Source of the DNA: the human T2T-CHM13v2.0 reference genome, Homo sapiens
Strand: one strand, 5' to 3'
Assembly: GCF_009914755.1 (NCBI RefSeq)
Contig: NC_060927.1
DNA: 64,000 bases
Below the pieces are notes generated by a model. That model had not been told where the DNA came from. It saw only the letters and a list, made by a program, of their open reading frames with translations, and did no database searches. Shown here in pieces: positions 1 through 12,998 of the stretch. A program made the position numbers and the translations under genes. The stretch's first letter is position 1. The number at the start of each line of letters is the position of its first letter.

Positions 1-23
1 TAACACAGAGCATCAGGCATTGA

Positions 24-254
24 AGTGGTTCATTCTATTGATTCTGAAGTCAGAATGTTTATATTCAGATACTGCTCTGCCACATTGGTTCTCTAAATAT
101 TACTTCATCTCAGTGTGCTGATTTTTTCAACTATTAAATGGAAGTAATAATGGAACCCATTTTATAGAATTATTTGAAAAACTAACAAATAAAACATGCC
201 AATACTTTGATCAGTGCCTGGCAAAGAGTAAATATTCAATAAATGCTATCTATT
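24..254 (+). mobile_element. MIR SINE (diverged)
   Basis: Diverged MIR core and 3' end: ...ctattaaatggaagtaataatggaaccc...cagtgcctggcaaagagtaaatattcaataaatgcta. Confidence 0.6.
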
Positions 255-530
255 TTTTAAAAACAAAAAAACTATTCTGTTTTGTTTACAAGTGCTTGTA
301 TCTTTGAACCCAAATTAGAAGATTGTATGTCTCAAGTTTCTATAATCCTAAAATCAACACATCAAAACCCCATTCCATTGAGTTCTAATATTAGCCCCAA
401 GATACTCTCTTTACCTTCACATTTTTTAAGACTTTCAATCCTACTTTAACATCAAGTCACAATCTTTCCATGAAAACTGCCTTTCAGCACATCTAATAGA
501 AAAATAAAAATTATTTTCCTGTATTTCACA

Positions 531-1100
531 TGGAGTAATGATAAGAGTAAGGGCTTTCAAATCAGATTGGTTTATGATTAAAACTCAACCCTGGAAGTGA
601 TGTGGTTTGGTTCTGTGTTCCCACCCAAATCTCACCCCAAATTGTAATCACCGTGTGTCGAGTAAGGGAGGTGACTGGATCATGAGGGTGGTTTCCCCAT
701 GCTGTTTCATTAGTGAGTGAGTTCTCATGAGAACTGATGGTTTTATAAGTGTTTGACAATTCCTCCTTCACATGCTCACTCTCTCACTCTCTCCTGCCAC
801 CTTGTGAAGAAGGTGTCTGTTTCCCCTGTTGCCATGATTGTAGGTTTTCTGAGGTCCTGAGGCCTCCCCAGCCATGTAGAACTGTGTCAACTGAACCTGT
901 TTTGTTTAGAAATTAGCCAGTCTTGGATAATATCTTTATAGCAGTGTGAAAACTGAAAATATAGGAAGTTACTAGCTCTGTGACCCTGTGAGTTACTTAA
1001 CTACTTTGCACCTCAGTTTCCACATTCATAAAACGCATTCTGTTTGAATTAAATGAGAAAAATACCTGGGAGATTAACTGATACAGATAACATGCTCAGC
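531..1100 (+). mobile_element. MIR SINE interrupted by THE1D LTR
   Basis: MIR 5' part before 597 resumes at 969 (ttactagctctgtgaccctg...cctcagtttccacattcataaaa). Confidence 0.6.
598..963 (+). mobile_element. THE1D-like MaLR solo LTR
   Basis: Starts tgatgtggtttggttctgtgttcccacccaaatctca, ends ctttatagcagtgtgaaaactgaaaatata; perfect 5-bp TSD GGAAG (593-597 / 964-968). Confidence 0.9.
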
Positions 1101-1445
1101 AAATAACTTTTATCGTAGCCTGATTGTTTCTCCATAAAACTGAAGGCTTTGTTCAGTCTTCATTAAAATATTCACAAGAAAATAAACAGATGTTAACTTT
1201 TTTCCTAAAGACCTCAGTATCTTTCCTTCAATAATATGGACCTGTTAGTTCCTAAAAAATTGTGTTGAACACTTTTTTCCATGGCTTTCTTCTCCCATGT
1301 AAAATTTGGTATTACATTTTTCTTTTAGATTCCATTCAAAGCGCAAAAATGCTTCTCTCTAATACTATCCATGTATATTTCATTCTCTGATATGACACCA
1401 GAATTTATTACTTTGCAGCTGATTCTCTAATCTAGACCACTAATT

Positions 1446-1545
1446 TAGACATTCTATAGACGTTTAAAGTCTGTATAGACATTCTATAGATGTCTTTAGA
1501 CGTTTTATAAATGTCTGTAGTCTCTATAGACATTCTATAGAGACT
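1446..1545. repeat. Short direct/inverted repeat cluster (TAGACATTCTATAGA x3)
   Basis: 15-mer at 1446, 1476 and 1527; 12-bp perfect hairpin 1519-1545. Confidence 0.8.
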
Positions 1546-1815
1546 CTAACACCATAATAAGTATCTCTGTTATCACAGTTTAGACTATGTTAATTCCCTT
1601 ACCTATGAGTAACTTTTTTCATTTTATTTAATGTGCTTTTTCTTAGTTTGTTTTATAGCATCTTCCCTAAGATTCATCTTTCTCTTTATCACACATGGTT
1701 CCCTGAGATTAATATTCTAATTTCAGTTGATTCAAAATTCTGAAAGGTCAAATTACATATCTTGATATTTTTAAAAGTCACATAAGTTTACTCTTCTAAC
1801 ATCAACCACTACTCT

Positions 1816-2167
1816 TCTTTCTTTTTTCTTTTCCTTTTTCTTTCTTTTTTTTTTTTTTTTTTTTTTTGAGACACTGTCACCTATCTGGAGTGACACCCAG
1901 GCAAGAGTGCAGTGGTAAAGTGAACTGCTCAGTGAAGCCTAGACCTCCAGGCTCAAGTAATCTGTCTGCCTCAGCATCCAAAATAGCTGGGAATACAAGT
2001 AAACACCACCACACCCAAATATATATATTTTTTGTTTTGTTTTGTAGAGATGGTGGAGTGTCTAACTGCACTGCTCAGGCTGGTCTTGAACTTCTAGGCT
2101 CAAGTGATCCTCCCACCTCACCATCCCTAAGTGTTGGGATTACAGACGTGAGTGATTGCGCCTGGCC
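1816..2167 (-). mobile_element. AluJ-like SINE
   Basis: Long poly-T tail followed by antisense Alu dimer ending ...gggattacagacgtgagtgattgcgcctggcc; highly diverged. Confidence 0.9.
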
Positions 2168-2243
2168 ACATTCTTCCTTTTTAACCCTAAAAATTTGTTT
2201 TTCTCTTACATTGCTTCTGCAGTCACAACAGATTGTTTGTTCC

Positions 2244-2540
2244 TTTTTTTTTTTTTTTTGAACCAGGTTCTTGCTGTGTTGCCTAGGCTGGAGTGCAGTG
2301 GCGCAATCTTTGCTCACTGTAACTTTGACCTCCCAGGCTCAAGAGATCCTTCTGCCTCGGTCTCTCAAGAAGTTGAGACCATAGGCATACACTGCCACAC
2401 AAGGTAATTTGTGTGTGTGTGTGTAATACAGGATCTCCCTTTGTTGCCCAGGCTGGTTTCAAGCTCCTGGGCTCAAGCAATCCTCCTGCCTTGACCTCCA
2501 AAAGTGCTGGGATTATAGAGGTGAGCCCCCATGCCCAGCC
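2244..2540 (-). mobile_element. AluJ-like SINE
   Basis: Poly-T, gcctaggctggagtgcagtggc...aaagtgctgggattatagaggtgagcc...cccagcc; middle linker expanded to (TG)n. Confidence 0.9.
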
Positions 2541-2893
2541 ACAACATAATTTTACACTCCCTCATTTTTCAAAACATCTGTTTAGAAAATGAACTCAAAG
2601 ATGAGATTGTTTTCACTTTTGAAATATTGTTTCCATTTCTTTTTCCTTCTAACTGTTTGAATCCAGTTATCAGTCATTTTTTTTCTGGGCTTTTCTTACT
2701 TCTCCATAAGATTATAAATCCCTTGAGGATAAAGTTTTAATTAATTTTTGAATTAATATCATGTAATGGAGAGAACACAGGCTTTGGAATTACACATACT
2801 TAAATTCAAACTCTAGCCCTATAACTTTCAAGTTTTAAAACTAGAGGTTACTTTTCCTGTTGGAATATTAGTTTCTTTCTAAAACAAAGATAG

Positions 2894-3629
2894 TGAGATG
2901 GAGCAGGCATCCCCTCTTAGGGGCCTGTGGGCTCCCAAGCAGGGAAATAAATGAAAATCTTGAGTTCCTTCAAGGGTAATTCCAGGCACCTAGCTAACCC
3001 TGAAAAGTAAATAAATTTGTTAAGCAAAAAGGTAATAGCTTAAAACAGTAGTCAAGGAGTCTAGAATCATGGGATGCTTGATTTCCCTATAGAAACTAAA
3101 AATAACATATTATCATATGCCACTGAGTTGTATCTCAGAAAGCTGGAGGCAAGTATACCTCAGATAAGGGGTAGCTAAGGTCTGAACTCTGACCACTGCT
3201 CTTTTTTCTATTTGTTTTTCTGAGGGGCCTGGAGAAACTCACACTCATGAGCCAGAGCTAACATTCTTTTCTGCTGAACCCAAATTTATAAGCAAAGTTT
3301 CTCTGCCTTAACCAACTGCAAATTAGAAAATCTTTGAATCTATGTATGACCTGGAAACCCTCACTTCAAGATATCCTGCCCATTAGGCCAAAATCAATGT
3401 GTAACCTCCACATATTGATTTATGATTTTGCCTGCAAACTACTTTCCTAAAATGTATCCCTGCCTTTAAAACCCTTACCTATAAGCCATTGAGGTTATAG
3501 AGACTTAAGCCTTAGTGCCTGATTCTCTTGGCTTGGTGCCCTGAAAAAAAAGCACCTTCACCTGCTGTAATCCTTGGTGTGGATATCTGGTCTTACTGTG
3601 TGGGTAAACCCCAGCTGGATTCGATAAGA
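2894..3629 (+). mobile_element. MER39-family ERV1 solo LTR (inserted in a MIR remnant)
   Basis: tgagatggagcaggcatcccctcttaggggcctg...gaaaatcttgagttccttcaagggtaattccaggcacctagc resembles the MER39/MER39B 5' end; flanks ATAG/ATAC. Confidence 0.75.
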
Positions 3630-4340
3630 ATACTACAAGCCACCTCAGAATACAAGGGCACATAGAAAGTGATAACTAGATGTTCACTTGTTCTTTATCA
3701 ACATTCCTTCCCATTATTAAAAATCCTGAATTATTTCATAATATGCCTTGAACGTAGTGAACACTCAATTAATTTTCATAACTGTAATAAAATATAAATG
3801 TATATATTTCATTTCAAGTAGTAAATATACCCTTAATATTTACTTAATGTTAATTATTTTAAATATATAGAATTCATTCAGATAACTCCAAAAATGCACA
3901 ATAATTTCATCAGATGTTTATAATTTTCATTAGAAAACTACAAAAATTTCTGCTGGTATTTTAATTTTTCATATGCAAGAAAAAGTATTCCTGAAATGAT
4001 ATTAAAATACAATAGAAATTGGCTCAGGAATACTTTCAAGTAAATATATTTCTACTAAGGTTGTCAAAATGCTATATTTTTAAAACCCACAGCTATTTTC
4101 TAAAAATTATCACATTTCACATGAAATAATAATACTTCCAGAACATGTCTCTGCCCTGTCCATTTTTGTGCCAGTTAGTACAACAAAGCCTGCTTCTAGT
4201 GAATTGGCAAAGAATCAAATTTGTCTCACATTCAAATGGATGATAATTTTTCTCAGGTACAGGAATTATTTTTTGTAAATATACCCATGACCAAAATTGT
4301 GATTATAGAACATAAAAAACAGTCCAGAAGAAATGGAAAC

Positions 4341-4375
4341 CTCTCTCTCTGACACACACACCACACACACACACA
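4341..4375. repeat. (CT)n(CA)n microsatellite
   Basis: ctctctctctgacacacacaccacacacacacaca. Confidence 0.9.
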
Positions 4376-5307
4376 TGCTTCTCAAAATCTCTATGACAAG
4401 ATGACGCATAAAGAACTCATATCAAGTTTCAAGAAATAGGTATTTTCCAGACCTAATATACCTTCAAGGTACAGTGTATAGCAGGAATTTCTATCTGAGA
4501 ACAAGATCTCATCAGTTTAATATGGAGAAAGGCACATTTGAATCATTTATACTAACTCCAGAGGAGAGAAATGAAAATTCTACCTCCAAAGAATTAGGAA
4601 TCAGAAATTGTTTGTCTGGTTGCATAATTTTTTAATGATATTAAGTGTAGTATAACAAGCTTTAACATTGCAGTTAGCCCAATAAACTAGGAATGCTTGA
4701 TTCATGCCCTACTTTATCAAATAAAATTGGATGACCACCATAAACAGATACTGTTTAATTAAATAGAAGAGAAGAATTACGCTCTTGAAAGGATAAAGGT
4801 GGCTGAAATAATAAAAGGAAGAACCTAACAGCCAGCTACAGTGGGGATAAGAAACAAGAAAACATTAATATATCTCTAGACCTACAGCATTGCCATCAGG
4901 ATGATTTATCATCTTGCATTCTTGAGAGACTTCATTTAAAATTCAAATTTCCGTGAAAAGATAGAGTGAGAATCATCTTGTTTGGATCTTGTCTGCTTTC
5001 CCGTAACAGGTTGTCTTTTGCTTTTATTCTCATCTCTTGCCTTGAATGCATAAGGTGTGGGCTTTCTGATAATTCTTTAGTGAAAGAGTTTACAAATTTA
5101 AGAATGAGGAAACAACTTAACTTAGGGCATGGTCCTAGTTACGTTTCTTAGCTTAGTAGACTAAAGACTACAGTTCTGAGAATATATAAAATTGATTTAA
5201 AATAAGGAGTATTTGGATTTCACAGTTATTGTCACCACTTTGCTTAGGGTTATTTAAAGAAACACAAAGGAAACAAAAATATTTAAAGATAAATTGGATT
5301 TTCCCTA

Positions 5308-5827
5308 TGTAAGGAAAAAAATAAATGTTTTAAAAGTGACACAAGAAGGTTGCAAGTTGGACATATAGGCAACAGAAACTAAGCCTATGAATTAAAGCTA
5401 AACTTTCAATCTGCAAGCCTGGAGTCTGTCAAATATTTCACTGACGTGCTGATTACAACTTTGCCTATCAGGTGAAATGAAAGGCAGAATAGACTCAATC
5501 ATCCCTCTTCAGAGCCTAAGATCCTAAATACTTATTAACCTTTTCCCCTATATATGTTAATCACATATTTGCTTTACCTTTGTATAGTATCATTGAACTC
5601 CACTCAGGATTATAAGAATGTCACCTTTGCTTCACTACCCTTTTCTCTCATTTTCTATGTAACAGCATGTGTGAATGCTTAGTCTTATGTAGCCCACTTT
5701 GAGACCCATTCTCAGTTTGTCCTGAGCCTGTATTTTTGAGCTAATAGTCCTCAAATTTGGCTCAGAATAAAACTAACTTTAAATTTTCTTATGTCATAGT
5801 GCTTGATATTTATACAATCAGTTGACA
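5308..5827 (+). mobile_element. Old ERV1 solo LTR (MER31/MER34/MER67-like, subfamily uncertain)
   Basis: TG...CA termini; 3' end gtcctcaaatttggctcagaataaaactaactttaaattttc...gttgaca typical of MER4-group LTRs. Confidence 0.55.
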
Positions 5828-6037
5828 CTCAGAATGAAGAAACATTTATAACAAAAAAACATGAAACTATAGAAAACTATGAAAAACACCCAGCAGGAGT
5901 ATACATATGTACAAATATAAAAGAACATTGATTGTGTACAGCAACAATAACTGCATCATATATGGATTATAATATCTATAAATGTAAAATATATAACAAT
6001 AGCTCAAACAGCAAAAGTAAGTGAGTAGAGTTAAAAG

Positions 6038-6793
6038 TATAATTGCCCAATTAGTTCTTCCTGTCCACTTTACAGATAAGACCAATTCACTGAGACCATG
6101 GTATTACAGTATTACATGGTATTGGTATTACAGTAAAGAAAGGGTTTAATTGACCTGAGTACAGCCACAAAGAAGATGGAGTTATTACTCAAATCAGGCC
6201 CCCTGAAGGCTCAGAGGTTAGGGGTCTCCAAGGAAAGTTTGGTTGGCAGGGGACTAGGGAATAGGTGCTACTGACTGATTGGTGGGAATGCAATCATAGG
6301 GGTTTGGAAAATGGTCCTCATGCACTCTCTGATTGGGAAGCCACAGGACAGGTTGAGTCATGAGTCACAAGTCTGGTGGGGTCAGTAAGTTGCCAGAATG
6401 CAAAAGTCTGAAGTATATCTCAAAAGACTAATCTTAGGTTCTACAATAGTGATGTTATCTATAGGAGCCATTGGGGAAGTCCCAAATCTTGTAGCCGCTG
6501 GCAACATGACTCCTAAGCAGTAAGGGTTTATAGAAACTAAGCCTACATCCTAGCAGAATTCAGGCCCCTCTCATAATTCTAATTTTGTGGCCTTTCATTA
6601 GTCTTACAAAGGCAGTTTTTGGTTTCTGAGCAAGGAAGAAGCTAGTTTTAGGGAGGGACTATTACCATTTCTGTTAAACTACTGGCTAAATTCTTCTCAT
6701 GACTAGCTTGGCCTATGCCCAGAAATGAGTAAAGACAACCAACTTTTTAGGCTAGAAGCAAATGGAGTCAGCCATGTTGAATTTCTCTCTGCT
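6038..6793 (-). mobile_element. MER4D/LTR8-family ERV1 LTR, truncated at its U3 end
   Basis: gagttattactcaaatcag...ttaggttctacaatagtgatgttatc...agcagaattcaggcccctctcataat matches MER4D/LTR8-type antisense; terminal ...tttca missing. Confidence 0.8.
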
Positions 6794-7437
6794 AGGTATG
6801 CACCTCCCCCAAAAAAGGGAAATCAGCATATCAAGGAGATATCTGCACACCTGTGATTATTGCAGCAGTATTCACAACAGCCAAGATTTGGAAGCAACCT
6901 AAATGTCATCAACAGATGAATGGATAAATAAAATGTGATACATGTACACAATGCAGTACTATCCTGCCATAAAAAGGAATAAGATCCTGTTTTTTGCAAC
7001 AACTTAGATGAAACTGGATGGAGGTCACTGTGTGTTAATAATGTAAATAAGCCAAGCACAGGAAAACAGACTGCATGTTCTCAGTTATTTGTGGGAATTA
7101 AAAATTAAAATAATTAAACTCACAGAGCTAGAGAGAAGAATGATGGTTACCAGAGGCTTGGAAGGGTAGTGGGCAATATTTCTATAAAAAAATAGAAAAA
7201 ATAAATAAAATCTAGTATTTCATAGTACAGATGGGTGAGTATAGTCAATAATTTAATTGTGCACTTAGAAATAATGAAAAAATTATAATTTGATTGTAAC
7301 ACCAAGAATAAGTGCTTGAGATGATGGATATCTGATTTACATTTGTGTGATTATCATACATTGTATGCCTGTATCAAAACACCCCACATACCTCATAAAT
7401 ACATACTATGTACTCACAAAAATTTAAAATAAAAAAA
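6792..7437 (+). mobile_element. L1MA2/L1MA3 3' end fragment
   Basis: ORF2 C-terminus plus L1MA2/3-type 3' UTR (tgatggttaccagaggcttggaagggtag...tatgtactcacaaaaatttaaaataaaaaaa). Confidence 0.85.
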
Positions 7438-7466
7438 TCAATACTGACTTCACCTAATAGACATTT

Positions 7467-10400
7467 GCTTTTCTCTTTTATTGATTTATAATACTTTATA
7501 CAATTATGGGGCACATTTGTATTTGTTACATGCCTACAATGTGTAATGGTCCAGTCAGAGTATATAGAGTATCTATTATCTGGAGTAATCATCATTTCTT
7601 AATGTTGGTAACATTTCAAGTCTTCTATTCTTGCTGTATCTCTTTCTTTCCCCCTTCCACCCTCATATACTTCCCAGTCTCTTATCTATTATTTTTTCTC
7701 TATCTCCATGAAAGCAAATTTTTCAGCTTCTGCATTAGAGTGAAATTTGTGATATTTGTCTTTCTGTGTCTTGCTTATTTCTCTTGACATAATGACATCT
7801 ACTTTCATCTAAGTTGCTGCAAATGACACGTTTTTTTTTAATGGCTGTGTGGTATTGTATTGTATACACAAGCCACATTTTTAAATTCATTTGTGCATTG
7901 AAGGACACAAATTGATTTTATGTCTTTGCTATTGTCAGTGGTACTGCAATAAAATGTTAGTGCAGGTATCCCTGTGATGTACTTATTTCTTGTCTTCTGG
8001 GTAACCACCAAGTAGTAGGGTTGTGGTATTTTATGGTAGTTCTATTTTTAGGGTTTTTTTTCTTTTTTTTTTAAAATCTCTATAGTGTTTTCCTTAATAG
8101 TTATGCTAATTTACATTCCCATCCACAGTGTGTAAGAATTTCCTGTTCTCCACATCCTTGCCAGCATCTGTTGTTTTTTTGTTTTTTTAATAATAGCCAT
8201 TCTATTAGGGTTATGATAATACTTATTGTTGTTTTGATTTGCATTTTTCTGATGACTGGTGATGCCAAGCATTTTATCATGTGCCTGTTGGCCATTCATT
8301 TGTCTTCCTTTGAGAAATGTCTATTCATGTTCTTTGCCCACTTTTATGTGATTATTTGTTTTTGTTTCTTTATCATTTAGTTATTTGACTTTCTTTTATA
8401 TTCTGGATATTTGTCCCTTGTCAGATGAAAAGTTTGCAAATATTTTCTTTCATTTAATAGGTTGTGTCTTCACTCTGTGGATTGTGTTCCTTTCTTGTGC
8501 ATAATTGTTTTTAGCTTAATGTAATCCCATTTGTCTATTTTTATTTTAGTTGTCTGTGCTTTTGATGTCATAGACATAATGTATTTGCCTAGACCCATGT
8601 CCCAAACTATTTTCCATATGTTTTCTTCTAGAAGTGATATAGTTTTAGATCTTACATTTGATTCTTTAATTCATCTTTAGTACGATATTTGTATACAGTG
8701 AGAGATAGGAATCCAAGTTCCTTTTTCCACATATAGATATCCAATCTCCCCAGCATCATTTATTGAAGAGGGTGTCCTCTTTAGAGTATGTTTTTGGTGC
8801 CTTTGTTGAAAATCAGTTAGCTGTAAATATGTGGATTCATTTCTGGGTTCTCTATTCTGTTTGTTTGGTCTATGTATGTCTATTTTTATACTAACTATTT
8901 TGGGTTTTCTTAATTATAGCTTTGCAGTATATTTTGAAGTCATGTAGTGCAATGCTTTTAGTTTTGTCCTTTGTGCTCAGAACTGCTCTAACTATTCTGG
9001 ATTTTTTTGGTTCCATAAAAGTTTCATACTTTTTTCTATTTCTGTGAAATATGACATTGATATTTTCATAGACAGTGCATTGAACTTGTAGATTGCTTTG
9101 GGTAGTATGTTCATCTAAACAATATTAATTCTTCTGATCCATAAGTATAGGATGTCTTTTCATTTGTTTGTGTATCTATAATTACTCTCATCTATGGTTT
9201 GCAGTTTTTCTTGTAAAGATATTTTACCTTCTTGATTAAATTTATGCCTAGAAATTTTACTTTATTTAAAGCGATTGTAAATAAAGTTGCTTTTTTGATT
9301 TTTCTTCTTAACTCCTTCATTACTGGTGTATAGAAATGCTACTGATTTTTGTATGCAGATTTTTGTATTCTGCAATTTTTTACTGAATTTATTACTCCCA
9401 AAGTTTTTTGTGTGTATTTTGGTTTTTCTAAATATAAAATTACGTTATCTGCAAAGAGGAATAATTTGACTTTGTCTTTTCCCTTTTGGATGCCATTTAT
9501 TTTTTCCTCTTACCAGAATTGCTCTGGTTAGGATTTCCAGTACTATTTTGAAAGTGATGAAAGTGGGCATCCTTATCTTGTTCCAATTCTTAGAGGAAAG
9601 GATTTCAACTTTTCCCCATTCAGTATGATGTTGGTTGTGAGTTTATCATAAAAGTCCTTTATCATTTTGTCGGTATGTTCCATTTATGCCTAGTTTATTG
9701 AGAGGTTTTATCATGAAGGAATGTTGAATTTTATCAAACACTTTTTCTGCATCTATTGAGATAATCATATGACTTCTGTCCTTTATTCTGTTGATGTGAT
9801 GTATTATGCTTATTAAAATGTGTTTGTTGAACCATCCTTGTATCCCTGGCATAAATACCATTTAATCATGCTGTATCATTTTGTTGATGTGCTACTGGAT
9901 TTTGTTTACTAGTATTTTCTTGGGAATTTTTAAGTGTATGTTCATCAGAAATATTGACCTGTAGTTTTATTTTATTGTTCTGTGTTTGTTTGGTTTTGCT
10001 ATCAGGCTAATGCTGGATTCATAGAATGAGATAGGGAGAATTCCCTCCACTTCAGTTTTTTGGAATGGTTCAAGGAGAATTAGTTAGTTCTTTGTAAATC
10101 TGATGGAATTTGGCAGTGAACCCATCTGGTCCTTGATTTTATTGGGAGACTTTTGTTACTGATTCAATATCATTACTCATTATTAGTCTGTTCAGATTTT
10201 CTGTTTCTTCCTGACTCAATCTTGGTAGGTTAACATGTCCAGGGATTTAGCTATTTACTCTAAGTCTTCCAGTTTGCAGTCTGTAATTTCTATATCCCTT
10301 GCTAGGAAGTTTTTATCTACTGTTTGGTTAAATAAATTTTCTAACTCTTTCATTCTCTTTTCATCTTCCAAGACCTCAATAATTCAAATATCTATTCACT

Positions 10401-10584
10401 TTATTGTTTCCCATATGTCACTATTTATTTTCTTATTATTTCGTATTCTTTTTTTATTTTTATCTGACTGTGTTGTTTCAAAATTTCTCAGATTCTTTCT
10501 TCCGCTCTATCTAGTATATTGTAGCTTTAAAATGCATTTTATATTTAATTCAATATATTCTTCAGTTTCAAAATCTTTGGTTCT
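7467..10584 (-). mobile_element. L1MA4/5-like element, 3' portion (3' UTR, ORF2 3' part, part of ORF1)
   Basis: Antisense L1 3' UTR and ORF2 (ORF track 9646..9861 gives RT motif IQGWFN...[27 protein letters not shown]); candidate TSD TAATAGA(C/T)ATTT at 7455-7466 / 18815-18826. Confidence 0.85.
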
Positions 10585-11909
10585 GGGGATTCCCAGGCAA
10601 GATGGCTAAATACGAACAGATCCAGTCTGCAGCTCCCAGCGAGACCAATGTCGAAGGTGGGTGATTTCTGCATTTCCAACTGAGGTGCCCAGTTCAACTC
10701 AATGGGATGGGTTAGACAGTGGGTGTGGCCCATGGAGGGTGAGCAGAAGCAGAGTGGGGTGTCACCTCACCTGGGAGGCAGAAGGGGTTGGGAAACTCCC
10801 TCCCTTAGCCAAGGGAAGTCATGAGGGACCATGTCGTGAGGGATGGTGCTATTCAGCCCAGATACTATACTTTTTCCACAGTCTTTGCAACCCACAGACA
10901 AGGAGATTCCCTGGGGTGCCTACACCTCCAGGGACCTGGGTTTCAAGCACAAAACTGGGTGAGCATTTGGGAAGACACTGAGCTAGCTTCAGGAGGTTTT
11001 TTTCATACCCCATTGGTGCCTGGAACTCCAACAAGATAGAGCCATTTACATCCCTGGAAAGCAGGCTGAAGCCAGTGAGCCCAGTGGTCTTGCTCAGCAG
11101 ATCCCATTCCCGTGGAGCTCAACAAGCTAAGATCCACTGGCTTGAAATTCTCACTGCCAGCACAGCAGTCTGCAGTTGACCTGGGTCACTCCAGCTTGGT
11201 AGGAAGAGGGGCATGCACCATTAATGAGGTTTTCCCCTCACAGTGTAAACAAAGCCACCATGAAGTTTGGACTGGGCGGAGCCCACCACAGCTCCACAAA
11301 GCAGCTGTAGCCACATTGCCTCTCTAGATTCCTCTGCTCTGGGCAGGGTATCTCTGAAAAAAAGGCAGCATCTCCAGTTGGGGGCTTATAGATAAAACTC
11401 CCATCTCCTTGGGACAGAGCATCTGGGGGAAGGGGCAGCTGTGGGCGCAACTTCAGCAGACTTAAACATTTGGCCTGCCAGCTCTGAAGAGAGCAGCGGA
11501 TCTCCCAGCACAGTGCTCAAGTTCTGCTAAGGGACAGACTGCCTTCTCAAGAGGGTCCCTGACGCCCATGCCTCATAATGGAGTGAGATCTCCCAGCAGA
11601 GGTTGATAGACACCTCATACAGGAGAGCTCCAGCTGGCATCTGGCAGGTGCCCTTCTGGGATGAAGCTTCCAGAAGAAAAAGCAGGTAGCAATCTTTGCT
11701 GCTCTGCAGCCTCCACTGGTGATACCCAGGCAAACATGGTCTGAAGTGGACCTCTGGCAAACTGCAGCAAACCTGCAGAAGAGGAGCCTGACTGTTAGAA
11801 GGAAAACTAGCAAACAGAAAGGAATGGCATCCACATCAACAAAAAGGACTACCATGCAAAAACCCCATCTGAAAGTCACCAACATCAAAGACAAAAGATA
11901 GGTAAATCC

Positions 11910-12935
11910 ATGAAGATGAGGAAAAAGCAGCTAAAAAAGGCTGAAATTTTCAAAAACAAGAATGCCTCTTCTTCTCCAAAGGATCACAACTCCTCACCAG
12001 CAAGGGAACAAAACTGGACGGAGAATGAGTTTGATGAAGTGACAGAAGTAGGCTTCAGAAGGTGGGTAATAGCAAAATCCTCTGAGGTAAAGGAGCATGT
12101 TTTAACCCAATGCAAGGAAGCTAAGTTGATAAAAGGTTACAGGAACTACTAACTAGATTAACCAGTTTAGAGAAGAACATAAATGACCTGATGGAGCTGA
12201 AAAACACAGCACGAGAACTTTCGAAGCATATACAAGTATCAATAGCTGAATCAATCAAGAAAAAGAAAGGATATCAGAGATTGAAGATCAACTTAATGAC
12301 ATAAAGTGCGAAGACAAGATTAGAGAAAAAAAAAATGAAAAGGAATGAACAAAACCTCTAAGAAATATGGAACTATATGAAAAGACCAAATTTATGTTTG
12401 ATTGGTGTATCTGAAAGTGATGGGGAGGATGGAACCAAGTTGGAAAACACACTTCAGGATATTATCCAGGAGAACTTCCCCAACCTAGGAAGACAGGGCA
12501 ACATTCAAATTTGGGAAATACAGAGAACACCACAAAGATACCCCCTGAGAAGAGCAACCCCAAGACACATAATCGTCAGATTCACCAAGGTTTAAATAAA
12601 GGAAAAAATGTTGAGGGCAGCCAAAGATAAAGGTCGGACTACTCACAAAGGGAAGCCCATCAGACTAACAATGGACCTCTCTGTAGAAACCCTACAAGCC
12701 ATAAGAGAGTGGAGGCCAATATTCAACATTCTTAGCAAAGAATTTTCAACACAGAATTTTATAACCATCCAAACTAAGCTTCATAAGTTAATGAGAAATA
12801 AAATCCGTTACAGACAAGCAACGGCTGAGGGATTTTGTTACCACCAGGCCTGCCCTGCAAAAGCTCCTGAAAGAAGCACTAAATATGGAAAGGAAAAATC
12901 AGTACCAGCCACTGCAAAAATGTACCAAAATATAA
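11910..12935 (+). pseudogene. L1 ORF1p remnant (frameshifts and stops)
   Basis: ORF pieces ...SSPAREQNWTENEFDE..., MKRPNLCLIGVSE...IIQENFPNL...TPRHIIVRFTKV, MLRAA...HKGKPIRLT. Confidence 0.92.
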
Positions 12936-12998
12936 AGATCAATGACACTCTGAAGAAACTGCATCAACTAGTGTGCAAAATAACCAAATAGCATCATG

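Noticed and set aside
1446-1545. CRISPR-like repeat-spacer pattern
   Set aside because: Only three 15-bp units with irregular, self-similar spacers, in primate DNA with no cas genes.
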